A stretch of 42,155 bases of DNA from Caldilineales bacterium. Its GTDB lineage: Bacteria; Chloroflexota; Anaerolineae; J102. The stretch lies in the NCBI GenBank assembly GCA_026417535.1, contig JAOADB010000005.1, forward strand, positions 1-42,155. Direction: 5' to 3'. The notes below the pieces were generated by a model. It searched no databases. It was given only the letters and a program-made list of their open reading frames with translations, and was not told the DNA's origin. Positions 19,149 through 28,082 of the stretch are shown here, piece by piece. Every line of letters starts with the position of its first letter. Position 1 is the stretch's first letter. Position numbers and translations under genes: made by a program.

Positions 19149-19177
19149 ATGCTACCCGAAGAACGCCCGGAGACCAA
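19149..19177 (-). promoter_or_regulatory. Sigma70-like promoter for the mrp operon, -10 box only 8 nt from the ATG
   Basis: On the minus strand: TTGGTC (19172-19177), 17-nt spacer, TAGCAT (19149-19154), 8 nt, then ATG 19140. No SD. Confidence 0.45.
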
Positions 19178-19222
19178 GATGGTGGGTAGTTGGCTTTGGG
19201 AAGAAAACACCGGGCCGAGCTG

Positions 19223-20080
19223 TTACGACCCTCCTGCCGCCTCCAGCGCCCCTTTGACCATCCGCCACACCACCTCGCCCTGCCGCGACCGACACAGCAG
19301 GTCGGCATCGGTGCCGGGCGCCAGGCGTCCTGCGGGCAAGCCCAGAAATGCCGCGGGATGGGATGTAGCGGCCAACAGAACGACCGGATCGGGTTCGGGC
19401 GCGGCCAGCAGCGCCGCTGTGAGTGGCTCCTCCCGTCGGCTCAAGAGCAGAGCGCGGGCGGGCGCAGCAGCAGCCGGCGTGGGCGTCACCAACCAGGAGC
19501 GGGCCGACAGCGGCGCCGCCGGGTCCGTCGTTGCGGCCAGGCCGCAGGTGATCCCATCGGCCAGAAACGGGTCTGTCGGCGTTGGTCCGGCCAGAATCAG
19601 ACGCGGTCCGGCGCGCCACAGCCGGCGCGCCAGAACCGGGGTGTGCGGATGCGCCGCCGGCAGGGTGACCAGGGCGATGGCATCGTCCGCAGCGGCCTGG
19701 ATGGCGTCCCAGGACGGGAACTCGTCCAAGAGGATGAGGTGCAACCCTGGCGACCGTCCTGCTGCCGCCGAAGCGCGCAGGCTCATGGCCGCGGCCGCCA
19801 CCCGGTCCAGGTCAGTCTCTTCGCGCACGGTCACCGCGGGCGCGAAGCGGCCGATGCCCGTTTCCAGCGGCGGGGGCATCTCCCCGCGCCAGGCCAGGTC
19901 AACCAGGGCCGGCAGCACCTGGAGGCCGCCGGCATCGAGGAGACGCGTATCGGGCGGCAGGGGTATCTCGTGGCTGCGGCCCACGGCCCGGATACGGCCG
20001 TCCTCGACCAGCACCAGGCCCGAAGCCAGGCGGACCCGAGGGGTGAAGACCTCGGCGCCGATGATGGCTATCCGGCCCAT
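19223..20080 (-). CDS. Divergent amidohydrolase-superfamily (NagA-like) protein, 285 aa
   Basis: The N-terminus reads GLVLVEDGRIRAVG...DAGGLQVLPALVDLAWRG and the C-terminus reads HPAAFLGLPAGRLAPGTDADLLCRSRQGEVVWRMVKG. Both resemble NagA/dihydroorotase-type beta-sandwich ends, but no HxH follows the ...PALVDL strand. ATG 20080 chosen; the ORF track uses GTG 20092. Confidence 0.5.
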   Translation of the reverse strand: MGRIAIIGAEVFTPRVRLASGLVLVEDGRIRAVGRSHEIPLPPDTRLLDAGGLQVLPALVDLAWRGEMPPPLETGIGRFAPAVTVREETDLDRVAAAAMSLRASAAAGRSPGLHLILLDEFPSWDAIQAAADDAIALVTLPAAHPHTPVLARRLWRAGPRLILAGPTPTDPFLADGITCGLAATTDPAAPLSARSWLVTPTPAAAAPARALLLSRREEPLTAALLAAPEPDPVVLLAATSHPAAFLGLPAGRLAPGTDADLLCRSRQGEVVWRMVKGALEAAGGS

Positions 20081-21504
20081 CGTTCGCCCCACACCGAGCG
20101 CCAGACCCGCAGGTCATGGCGGTCGAAGGCATGCAAAGCCAGCGCCAACGCCAGATAGAGGCCGGCGCCAAGCCCGACGAGTAGGGCCAGCGGCCAGGGC
20201 GGCAGCAGAAGCACGATGACGGCCATCGCGCCGGCGGCCAGGGCCGACCGCGCCGCGGCCAGGGGATCAAAAGCAGGCGACCAAGCGCGTACCTGCCACC
20301 AGGCCAGCAGACTGCCCAACCCGTACATGACGAGCAGGCCCAAGGCCGCACCCACGGCGCCGGCCAGCCGGCTGCCCACGGCCATGGCCCCGGCTCCCAC
20401 GACCACCATGACCACGGTCACCACCAAGGCCGCGCGCGGCCGGTTGCCCGCCATGAGCGCTCGCGTCAGCACCATGTGGGCCAGGTAGGCCACCATGGCC
20501 CAGGCGGCCACGGCCAGGACGGCTGCCGCCGGGCCGTATTCGGCCCGCCGATAGAGGAGGCCGATCACCCGCGGGGCCAAAACGCTCAGTCCGGCGGCTG
20601 CCGGCAACAGAAGCAACAGGCCGTAGTGCAACGCCTTGCCCACGGCCAGGCTGAAACGGGCTCGCGCCTGTACGAACAGGCGGGAGAGCACCGGATAGAG
20701 GGCATCGGTGAAGGCCATGACCAGGGTCATGATGACCTTGATGAGCTGAAAAGCGGCGTCGTACAGGCCCGCAGCCGTTTCGCCCGCCAACACCGAGAGG
20801 ATGAGCACATCCATCCGTTGCAGCAGGGCATCGAGACCGGCCATGCCGAAAAAGGAGGCCGATCCGCGCAGCAAATGGCCAGCGAAGCGCGGCTCCCAGC
20901 GCGGTCGGCCCCACAGGCCCAAACGCTGCGTTGCAATCACGACGAGCACGGCCGCCATGCCCAACCCGCCCACGCGAATCAGGGCCAGGGCCATCACGCT
21001 CTGCCACCGCGCCAGCACGGTCACGGCCAGGCCGATCTGGGCCAGGGAACTGAGCACTTCGGCATAGACCAGGTAGTGCATCGCCTCACGCGCCCGCAGC
21101 AGCGCCGCCGCTACGGAATAGACCGTGAACACGGGTAGGGCCGAGATGGCCAAGGTGAGCATGGCCTTCGTATCGGCGGGATAGGGCATGGCCGTCACCG
21201 CCGCGTACATGGCCAGGGCAATGATGACCGTGCCGACCCCCTGGCCGAGCAATCCGGCCCAGAAGTAGCGATTGCTCTCTGCCGGCGTCCGCGCCACCTC
21301 GCGGGTGATCAGCCGCGGCAGCCCCAACGAGGCCAGAACCTGAAAAACGTTCAGAAAGGCGAGAAGGATGCTGAACTTGCCCTGCCAGGCCACGCCAAAG
21401 GCGTTGGCGATGTACAGGATCAACCCGAAACCCAACAGGATGCGGATGCCTTGGGCCAGGCTGAGATACAGGGTGTTGCGGGCAACGGAACGGGCGGCGG
21501 ACAT
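20068..21504 (-). CDS. Polysaccharide/oligosaccharide flippase (MOP/Wzx-like), 478 aa
   Basis: Begins ARNTLYLSLAQGIRILLGFGLILYIANAFGVAWQGKFSIL, followed by about 12-14 hydrophobic helices, typical of polysaccharide biosynthesis (flippase) proteins. Confidence 0.75.
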   Translation of the reverse strand: MSAARSVARNTLYLSLAQGIRILLGFGLILYIANAFGVAWQGKFSILLAFLNVFQVLASLGLPRLITREVARTPAESNRYFWAGLLGQGVGTVIIALAMYAAVTAMPYPADTKAMLTLAISALPVFTVYSVAAALLRAREAMHYLVYAEVLSSLAQIGLAVTVLARWQSVMALALIRVGGLGMAAVLVVIATQRLGLWGRPRWEPRFAGHLLRGSASFFGMAGLDALLQRMDVLILSVLAGETAAGLYDAAFQLIKVIMTLVMAFTDALYPVLSRLFVQARARFSLAVGKALHYGLLLLLPAAAGLSVLAPRVIGLLYRRAEYGPAAAVLAVAAWAMVAYLAHMVLTRALMAGNRPRAALVVTVVMVVVGAGAMAVGSRLAGAVGAALGLLVMYGLGSLLAWWQVRAWSPAFDPLAAARSALAAGAMAVIVLLLPPWPLALLVGLGAGLYLALALALHAFDRHDLRVWRSVWGERWAG

Positions 21505-21523
21505 GGTCGAACGGGCGCGCTGG

Positions 21524-22534
21524 CTAGCCGCCGATGACGGGAGAGCGGGGGACGAGCGCCGAGGCAGTTTGGGGGTCGGGCGCGGGGCCGAAAACCCGGG
21601 CCAGGCTCGTCTTCAAACAGGCAGCCCACAGGTCGCGCAGCTCGATGAACACGGGGTTGTGCCAACGACGCCACTGCCACTCGTAAAGCAGATAGCGGAG
21701 GAAAAAGCCGAACGCGGCGATCAGGTGCATCAAGGCCACTTGCGTCGCGCCATACCGTCGCCGCAGGTCCCGATCCAACGCGTTGACGTTATGGGCGTGG
21801 AAATCGCTGCCCAGCTGGCGCGTGCTGCCGCCGATATAGTGGACAACGCTAACCCCCGGATGACAGACGACACGATAACCCGCCGCGCGGATGCGGCGGC
21901 ACCACTCGACATCCTCCACGTACATGAAATAGCCCTCGTCCAACGGCCCGGCCGCCAGAATGGCCTCACGGCGCACGAGCATGCAGGCGCCCGACACCCA
22001 ATCCACCGCAATGGGTTCCCCACGGGCATAGAGGGCCTGCGGCAACCACAGCCCGCGCACCCGGCCCGGAAACAGCCGGTAGAGAAAGGTGGCGTAGCTG
22101 AACAACGTCGCCGGCGATGGGTCGTAACCGGCAGCGCCACCCTGGATTTTGCCGCGGCCTCCCACCAGCCGCGGCCCCACTACGCCCACATCGGGATGGG
22201 CTTCCAGATAGGCCACGAGTTGGGCCAGCGCGCCATCGGGCAAGAACGTATCGGGATTGAGCAGTAGCACGTAGCGCGCTTGCGCCAGCCGCAGACCCTG
22301 GTTATTGGCCGCGGCAAAACCCACGTTCGTGCTGTTGACCACGACCTCGACCTGGGGAAACCGCGCCCGCACCAGGGCCGGCGAGCCATCGGTCGAGGCG
22401 TTGTCGATCACCCAGACCTGCAGGGTCAGCCCGCCCTGGTTGGCGAACAGCGACTCCAACGCCGTCGGCAAATAGGCCGCCGCGTTCCAATTGACGATAA
22501 TCACGGCCAGATCGGCCAGGTCGCGGTCGAACAT
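21524..22534 (-). CDS. Family 2 glycosyltransferase (336 aa)
   Basis: Contains VIIVNWNAAAYLPTALESL, VWVIDNASTDGS, NVGFAAANNQG, LLLNPDTF and a later YVEDVEWCRR (GT2 DxD/ED motifs). ATG 22534 chosen (GTG at 22537 in the track). Confidence 0.85.
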   Translation of the reverse strand: MFDRDLADLAVIIVNWNAAAYLPTALESLFANQGGLTLQVWVIDNASTDGSPALVRARFPQVEVVVNSTNVGFAAANNQGLRLAQARYVLLLNPDTFLPDGALAQLVAYLEAHPDVGVVGPRLVGGRGKIQGGAAGYDPSPATLFSYATFLYRLFPGRVRGLWLPQALYARGEPIAVDWVSGACMLVRREAILAAGPLDEGYFMYVEDVEWCRRIRAAGYRVVCHPGVSVVHYIGGSTRQLGSDFHAHNVNALDRDLRRRYGATQVALMHLIAAFGFFLRYLLYEWQWRRWHNPVFIELRDLWAACLKTSLARVFGPAPDPQTASALVPRSPVIGG

Positions 22535-22601
22535 CACATGAACAGGAACGGTTTTCGTCCCGTGGCTTCCCTCTCGGTAAACGGCTCAAGATCGGCACGA
22601 A

Positions 22602-22656
22602 GGACGGAATGCGAACGACGAAAAGCTCTTGGTCTTCCGTCGTTCGTCTTCCGTCT
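22602..22656. repeat. Imperfect GACG-rich hairpin downstream of the 22707 stop; carries motif GGACGGAATGCGAACGACG
   Basis: The inner stem GAACGACG (22613-22620) pairs with CGTCGTTC (22638-22645). The outer stem GACGGAA (22603-22609) pairs with TTCCGTC (22649-22655), with mismatches in between. Confidence 0.7.
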
Positions 22657-22706
22657 CGCTTGGGGACTTCTCACAGGGCACGTGACAAACAACGAACAAC
22701 GCCACA

Positions 22707-24362
22707 TCACGCCACATACCCCAATCCCTGGAGCCGCGCCCGCAGCGCCTCTTCATCGGCGGCGGTCCACTCGAAATCGCCCGTCCGGTGCGGCTCGCGC
22801 GCTTCCGTCTCGTAGCGCGGAACCCAAGTGATCACGGTCGGATCCAGTATCTCGGTGAGGACGCGGCCATCCATGGCCTGCGGAATGGGCACATCGAGCA
22901 AATAGAGGATCGTGGGGGTCAGGTCGAAAAGCTGGGCCCCCTGCAGACGCGCGCCCGGCCGCACGCCGTAGCCGTGGAACATGGCAATGCCCTCCCGGAT
23001 GTGGGTGCCGGTTTGGTCGAGGGCATAGGCGGCGCCGTGGCGGCCGAACTTCTGCTTGTAACCGAAAATAGGCCCGTCGGGCTGACCCTCGTAGTCCTTC
23101 ACCGCCAGGTATTTGTCATCGGTCCAGCGGATGAGCAGGTCGGGCGCTCGGTCTACCAGGTCGCCGGTGTAGACCTCTTCGCGACGGAGCACCTGCGCCA
23201 CCATCGGCTCGCCCGTGTCGGGGTCCCGCAGGGCATAGAGGGCCTGGCTGATGGCGGTGATGACGTCTTCGACTTCGTCGGGTTCAATGACCCCTTGCGG
23301 GTCGCGGCCCTTGATGTTGAGGTTGATGTTGCCCAAATTGCCCGTGGCATAGGCCACCGTGCGCGACCAATCCACCTCGGCCTTGTCAATGAAAGTCTCG
23401 ACTGCGGCGTGGGCCCCGCGGAACCGCTTGAGGAAACCCTTGACCCCCACCGGCAGAAAGCGCTGCGCCAGATAGAGCGTCTGCCGTAGCCCCACGCGGG
23501 CGAGATGGCGCAGACGGTCGGACGGCCCAGTGGCCCGACGGTAGTGCAGCCAACCCTGTTGCGCCAGCCAGCGGTCGAGATAGACCGTTTTCGCAATGGG
23601 CCCGGCTCCGTGGTCGGACATGACGATCAGGGTCACGTCCGGCGGCAGCGCCGCCACCAACCGCGCCAGGTGGTGGTCAATCCGGCGATAGACCTGGAGG
23701 ATGGCGTCATGGCCCGGCTGGGTCGGGTCGTCCAGCAGATGCCATGAGCAATGTTGGATGGCATCCGTCTCCATCTCGACCCACATGTAAAAGTCCAACG
23801 GTTCCCGGTCAATGGTACGCCACAACAACTCGAAGCGTTTGTCAATCCCATCCAGGGTTTCGGCCAGATAGGCGGCGTGGGACTTGCCGATGGTGCTGAC
23901 GGCGATGAAGTGCACATCGCGCACCTCGGCCTTGAGTTCGGGCGGATAGGTGTAGGCCGAATCGAGACCGGGCGTATCGAGGCCGGAGATGAGAAAGCCA
24001 TTGACCGGTTCGGGTGGGAAGGTCATCGGCACATTGACCACGCCCACGCGACGCCCCGCATCGGACAGGATGCGCCACAGGCTGCGGCCGGCGCGATGGG
24101 CCGCGTTGGTCAATTCCTGCTCGTAGGAGCCGGGTATGCGCCGGGCAAAATCGAAAATGCCGTGTTTGCCGGGATTGAGACCGGTGATGAAGCTGGACCA
24201 GGCCACTGCCGTCAGAAACTGCATGGGCGAGCTGAGACTGCCCCAGGCGCCACCGGCCTGGAGGCGAGCCAGCGTCGGCAGATGGCCGGCATCAATCCAG
24301 GGTTGGAGCAGGCTCCAGGGCACGCCGTCGAGGCCGATGACCCACACGCGGGGACGTGACAT
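22707..24362 (-). CDS. Alkaline-phosphatase-superfamily enzyme (type I phosphodiesterase/nucleotide pyrophosphatase-like), 551 aa
   Basis: Starts at MSRPRVWVIGLDGVPW (ATG 24362). Contains TAVAWSSFITGLNPGKHGIFDF (NPP-type Thr nucleophile region) and LIVMSDHGAGP. Confidence 0.8.
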   Translation of the reverse strand: MSRPRVWVIGLDGVPWSLLQPWIDAGHLPTLARLQAGGAWGSLSSPMQFLTAVAWSSFITGLNPGKHGIFDFARRIPGSYEQELTNAAHRAGRSLWRILSDAGRRVGVVNVPMTFPPEPVNGFLISGLDTPGLDSAYTYPPELKAEVRDVHFIAVSTIGKSHAAYLAETLDGIDKRFELLWRTIDREPLDFYMWVEMETDAIQHCSWHLLDDPTQPGHDAILQVYRRIDHHLARLVAALPPDVTLIVMSDHGAGPIAKTVYLDRWLAQQGWLHYRRATGPSDRLRHLARVGLRQTLYLAQRFLPVGVKGFLKRFRGAHAAVETFIDKAEVDWSRTVAYATGNLGNINLNIKGRDPQGVIEPDEVEDVITAISQALYALRDPDTGEPMVAQVLRREEVYTGDLVDRAPDLLIRWTDDKYLAVKDYEGQPDGPIFGYKQKFGRHGAAYALDQTGTHIREGIAMFHGYGVRPGARLQGAQLFDLTPTILYLLDVPIPQAMDGRVLTEILDPTVITWVPRYETEAREPHRTGDFEWTAADEEALRARLQGLGYVA

Positions 24363-24372
24363 AGGCGATGAT

Positions 24373-24428
24373 GGTAACTCGTAACTGGTGACTGGCGACT
24401 GGTGACTGGTGAATGGTGAATGGTGAAT
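24373..24428. repeat. Tandem array of eight heptads (GGTAACT CGTAACT GGTGACT GGCGACT GGTGACT GGTGAAT x3), 10 nt upstream of the 24362 start codon
   Basis: Read directly; the 7-nt period is unbroken for 56 nt. It is followed by the small palindrome GTGTAAAAACAC (24429-24440). Confidence 0.95.
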
Positions 24429-24463
24429 GTGTAAAAACACAAACAACGAAAACGGATGCAATG

Positions 24464-24491
24464 ACCAGTAACCAATCACCAGTTACCACTC
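24464..24491. repeat. Four heptads in inverse orientation (ACCAGTA ACCAATC ACCAGTT ACCACTC) overlapping the 3' end of the cysteine desulfurase gene
   Basis: The reverse complement of 24464-24487 (GGTAACTGGTGATTGGTTACTGGT) matches 24373-24396 at about 19/24. The last codons SGNW-stop of the desulfurase are made of these heptads. Confidence 0.85.
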
Positions 24492-25648
24492 TGAAGACGG
24501 CGCAGGCGTTGTACGAGCGGCGGTAACACCCGCAGCACTTCCTCGATATCCTCGGCCGTGGTGCTACGGCCCAGGGTCAGACGCAGGTGGCCAACGGCAT
24601 CGGCTGCGCTCACGCCCATGGCTGTGAGCACATGGGAAGGGGTTTGGGCGGCGCTGGTGCAGGCCGATCCGCTGCTGGCGGCGATCCCGGCCATGTCGAG
24701 GCCCATGAGCACGCCTTGGATCTCGATGCCCGCAAACAGGAAACTGGCGTGATGGGGCAGGCGTTCATGGGGATGGCCGCTGATGCGGGTGTTGGGGATG
24801 AGCGCGGGAATGGCATCGAGGAGCCGATTGCGTAGCTCGAGCAGCCGCGTGGTTTCCGCCGGCCGCAGGTCCTCGGCCTCGCGCAGGGCCGCAGCCAGGC
24901 CGACGATGCCGGCTACGTTTTCGGTGCCGGCGCGACGCTTGCCCTCGTGGCTGCCGCCGGTCTGCACGGGCACCAGGCTCAGGCCGCTCCGCAGCCAGGT
25001 TACCCCCACGCCCTTCGGCCCGTAGAACTTGTGACCCGACAGGGCCAGGGCATCCACGCCCAGGGCCTGCACATCGAGCGGCAGGTGACCGGGCGCCTGC
25101 ACGGCATCGGTGTGAAAGGGGATACCGTAGGCGTGGGCCACAGCGGCCAGGGCGGCAATCGGCTGGAGGGTGCCCACCTCGTTGTTGGCCGTCATGATGC
25201 TGATGAGGGCCGTATCCGGCCGGATGGCACGGCGCAGGTCGTCGGGGTCCACCCGGCCGTAGCCGTCCACCGGCAGCTCGGTGACTTCGCAATCGAACAG
25301 TTCGGCCAGTTGATGGGCCGTTTCGAGCACGGCTTTGTGTTCGACCGCGCTGATGATGAGATGACGCCCGCGGCCGGCGCGCAGCGCGGCCCACATGATG
25401 CCTCGCAGGACCAGGTTATCGCTTTCGCTGCCGCAGGAGGTGAAGACGACCTCGGAGGGATGGGCATGGAGCACCTCGGCCACGGTGCGCCGCGCCTCTT
25501 CCAGGGCCTGTTTGGCCAGGCGCCCCTGGCGGTAGATGCCGGAGGCGTTGCCGTAAATCTCACCGAAATAGGGCAGCATCGCCGCCAGCGCCGTCGGCGA
25601 GACGGGCGTGGTGGCGGCATGGTCGAGATAAATGGTGCGGTCAGGCAT
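24476..25648 (-). CDS. Cysteine desulfurase, NifS/IscS class (390 aa)
   Basis: Contains IYLDHAATTP, TSCGSESDN, FHTDAVQAPG, ALSGHKFYGPKGVG (PLP lysine) and SSGSACTS (active-site Cys loop). Start at ATG 25648, with GAGG 6 nt upstream. Confidence 0.9.
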   Translation of the reverse strand: MPDRTIYLDHAATTPVSPTALAAMLPYFGEIYGNASGIYRQGRLAKQALEEARRTVAEVLHAHPSEVVFTSCGSESDNLVLRGIMWAALRAGRGRHLIISAVEHKAVLETAHQLAELFDCEVTELPVDGYGRVDPDDLRRAIRPDTALISIMTANNEVGTLQPIAALAAVAHAYGIPFHTDAVQAPGHLPLDVQALGVDALALSGHKFYGPKGVGVTWLRSGLSLVPVQTGGSHEGKRRAGTENVAGIVGLAAALREAEDLRPAETTRLLELRNRLLDAIPALIPNTRISGHPHERLPHHASFLFAGIEIQGVLMGLDMAGIAASSGSACTSAAQTPSHVLTAMGVSAADAVGHLRLTLGRSTTAEDIEEVLRVLPPLVQRLRRLQSGNW

Positions 25649-25658
25649 GGCGAACCTC

Positions 25659-26630
25659 TCAGGGCGGCAGCACCCGGACAAAGACACGGCGAAAGTTCTC
25701 GCCCAGGATGCCGCAGATCACATCTTCAGGATAGCCGCGAGCCAGCATGGCGTCAGTAAGGACGGGGTATTTTTCGCCACTTTCGAGACCGCGACAGATG
25801 GTGGCGCCGTCGTAGTCGGAACCGAGGCCCACGTGGGCAGGGCCGGCCACGGCCAACATGTGCTCGATATGGGCCAGGAGATGGTCGAGGGTGGCCTCGT
25901 CGGGCGCCGCCGCCATGAATTCGGCCACGAAGGTGGCGCCGATGACGCCGCCGGCAGCGGCAATCCCGCGCAGCTGCGCATCGCTGAGGTTGCGCCGATG
26001 GTCGAAAACGGCACGGGCCAGGGAGTGGCTGGCGATGACGGGCTGCGCGCTCAGGGTCAGCACGTCCTCGATGCCGGCCGCGTTCAGATGGGAGACATCG
26101 AGGACGATGCCGAGCTCGTTACAAGCGGTCACCAGGTCCCGGCCGAAGGGAGTCAGGCCATAACGGTCGCCGACGGCCACACCGTCGCAGGCGGCGTTGC
26201 GACCATTCCAGGCCAGACCGAGCACACGCACGCCCAGGCGAAAAAAGGTGTAGAGCAGCTCGAGAGAGCCATCGAGGGCTTCGGCGCCTTCGAGGCCGAG
26301 AACGGCGCCGATAGGCCCGTCAGGGCTGAGGCCGGCCAGGTCTGTGGCCGTGCGCACCAGGGTCAGCCGGTCGGGTGCCTGCTCCAGCAGCCGGTACAGG
26401 CCCTCCAGGCGGCGGAGCGCCGCGGCTGTGGGCGCAGCGGTCAGGTTGTTTTCGCCGGGAAAACAGGCGAAAATCTGGCCGTTGATGCCGCCGGCTTCCA
26501 TCCGCGGCAGATCGAGATGGCCAACCTGGCCCCAATGGCGCAGGTCGCGTTGCTGGGGGCCGGGTAGGGTCCAGGCCAGGGTGTCGCAATGGGCGTCGAA
26601 GACGAAAGCCCGACGGTGCAAAGGGTGCAT
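25659..26630 (-). CDS. Membrane dipeptidase (peptidase M19 family), 323 aa
   Basis: Contains FVFDAHCDTL, GINGQIFACF, GVRVLGLAWNGRNAACDG, IVLDVSHLN, VIASHSLARAVFDHRRNLSD, HVGLGSDYDG and ILGENFRRVF. Confidence 0.88.
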   Translation of the reverse strand: MHPLHRRAFVFDAHCDTLAWTLPGPQQRDLRHWGQVGHLDLPRMEAGGINGQIFACFPGENNLTAAPTAAALRRLEGLYRLLEQAPDRLTLVRTATDLAGLSPDGPIGAVLGLEGAEALDGSLELLYTFFRLGVRVLGLAWNGRNAACDGVAVGDRYGLTPFGRDLVTACNELGIVLDVSHLNAAGIEDVLTLSAQPVIASHSLARAVFDHRRNLSDAQLRGIAAAGGVIGATFVAEFMAAAPDEATLDHLLAHIEHMLAVAGPAHVGLGSDYDGATICRGLESGEKYPVLTDAMLARGYPEDVICGILGENFRRVFVRVLPP

Positions 26631-26635
26631 GGCGA

Positions 26636-27145
26636 TTAGGGGGCTTGTTCCAGCCGGGCCAATTCGTCGGCCAGGACCAGCCGCAGTTTGTGCACCTGGA
26701 CCGAAGGCGCTTTCAGGTTGTAAAGGTCAATGGCGCGGTTGATGGCAATCACTTCGTCGCTGAAGGCCTCGCGTCGTCGTTGCCAGACGGCCTCGACCGC
26801 AAGCAGATCGGCCGCCGTAGCCCGGTCGCGGGCCCGCCGATACCAGGCATAGTCGCGCTGCAACCGCGATCGGGCGCGGGCAATGCGGTCGTCAATCTCG
26901 CGGCCTTCTTCGATCCAGGGCAGGGTGTAGCCGGCGTTCTGGATGAGGTCAAAGGCCAGCTGCTGATCGGACGGGGCAAAGGGGTTGCGCCGCCAGGACA
27001 GGGGTTGGCCGGCGCCAGGCAGGTTGTCGAACAACCCGGCCTGTTGGGCCTCGCGGATGCGCTCTTCCACCCAGTTATCCCAGCTCTGTTCAGCCGGTTT
27101 GCGGGGTGGGGTATCGGACGAAGCGGAATCGCTCATAGGACTCAT
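26636..27145 (-). CDS. DUF1992 (DnaJ-C28-like conserved domain) protein
   Basis: WVEERIREAQQAGLFDNLPGAGQPL and AFDLIQNAGYTLPWIEEGREI match my memory of the DUF1992 signature. The start is ambiguous (ATG 27145 or 27136; GTG 27157 in the track). Confidence 0.65.
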   Translation of the reverse strand: MSPMSDSASSDTPPRKPAEQSWDNWVEERIREAQQAGLFDNLPGAGQPLSWRRNPFAPSDQQLAFDLIQNAGYTLPWIEEGREIDDRIARARSRLQRDYAWYRRARDRATAADLLAVEAVWQRRREAFSDEVIAINRAIDLYNLKAPSVQVHKLRLVLADELARLEQAP

Positions 27146-27173
27146 CCTGTAACACAACTCCTGCGGAGTTGTG

Positions 27174-27950
27174 CTACCCCGTTGGCTTTTCCTCGCCGGC
27201 GGGCAACTCGCCCACGCCCGGCATCACGTCCTCCGGGCTGAGATCGTAACGCGGGCTGGAGGTGGCAACCAGACCCGTGGCCCTGCCCAAACCGACCTGG
27301 GCGTACAGATGGCCCTGTACGACCGTAGCCCAGAAGCCCGTGAAGAGGAGGCCGATGCCGCAGAGGAGGGTGCCGACGATGCCGGCGAGAGTGCTCACGA
27401 CCAGGACCATGATGATGGCGATGATGACATCGCCGATGTGCTCGCGGGTGAAAGCCAGGATGGAGGAAACGGCCAGGCCGTCGGTGATCTCCCCGCGCTC
27501 GGCGAAGCGGATGGTGATGCCGGGGCTGGCCAGGAGCAACACCAGGCTGTACAGAATGGCCAGACAGCTGAGGCAAACCGACGCCACGCCGAGAATCCCG
27601 GCCGCCGTGTCGGCGGACGAGGAGCTGCCGACGATGGCCGAGAGGATGGCGAAGGGAATCCACACGATCAGCAGGGGCAGGCTCCAGACGAGATAGACGA
27701 CCAGGTACTTCAGGCCGAGGACGATTTTATCGCTCCAGTTGTCCCATTCGGGCAACGGGTAGGCTTCCCCGCGGCGCACGTTGCGCACCACCTCGATCAT
27801 GTAGCCGTACAACAGCCCTATGCCGACGAAAAGGCCGACGATGGTCCAGCTCAGAACGAGGGTGCCCAATAGAATGAGACCGCCGATCAGCGTTTTTTCA
27901 AGCCATCTTTTGTCCTCAAACACAAAGCTGAGGGATTTACCGACGTCCAT
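27174..27950 (-). CDS. DUF4013-like polytopic membrane protein (258 aa)
   Basis: Begins FVFEDKRWLEKTLIGGLILL...LLYGYMIEVVRNVRRGEAYPLPEWDNW, followed by hydrophobic helices. AGGAGG lies 5 nt upstream of ATG 27950. Confidence 0.7.
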   Translation of the reverse strand: MDVGKSLSFVFEDKRWLEKTLIGGLILLGTLVLSWTIVGLFVGIGLLYGYMIEVVRNVRRGEAYPLPEWDNWSDKIVLGLKYLVVYLVWSLPLLIVWIPFAILSAIVGSSSSADTAAGILGVASVCLSCLAILYSLVLLLASPGITIRFAERGEITDGLAVSSILAFTREHIGDVIIAIIMVLVVSTLAGIVGTLLCGIGLLFTGFWATVVQGHLYAQVGLGRATGLVATSSPRYDLSPEDVMPGVGELPAGEEKPTG

Positions 27951-28034
27951 GAAAACCTCCTGAGGGAGAAAAACGAAAGGAAAACGGACAGGTAACCGTT
28001 GCAGGCTGTCACCTTCCGGATGACGGACAGGCCG

Positions 28035-28065
28035 ATTATAGCCCAGACCGGGAACGGCCGACCAA
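28035..28065 (-). promoter_or_regulatory. Candidate promoter for the DUF4013-like gene cluster
   Basis: On the minus strand: perfect TATAAT (28035-28040) with TTGGTC (28060-28065), but at a 19-nt spacing. Confidence 0.4.
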
Positions 28066-28082
28066 TCGTTACGACGGGCCGT

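Noticed and set aside
17321-19210. 629-aa and 485-aa ORFs (17321..19210 minus, 17527..18984 plus) overlapping mrpA
   Set aside because: Both are alternative-frame or antisense shadows with Arg/Gly/His/Gln-rich translations. mrpA in its own frame has clear NuoL/MnhA character.
19077-20219. 380-aa and 322-aa plus-strand ORFs opposite the NagA-like gene
   Set aside because: The translations are Arg/Ala/Ser-rich shadows with no motifs.
25632-26567. 311-aa plus-strand ORF opposite the M19 dipeptidase (and 27999..29171 opposite tdh, 29229..30926 opposite the PP2C gene)
   Set aside because: Each is antisense to a gene with unambiguous family motifs. The composition (Gly/Asp/His/Gln/Ala) is typical of GC-rich antisense frames.
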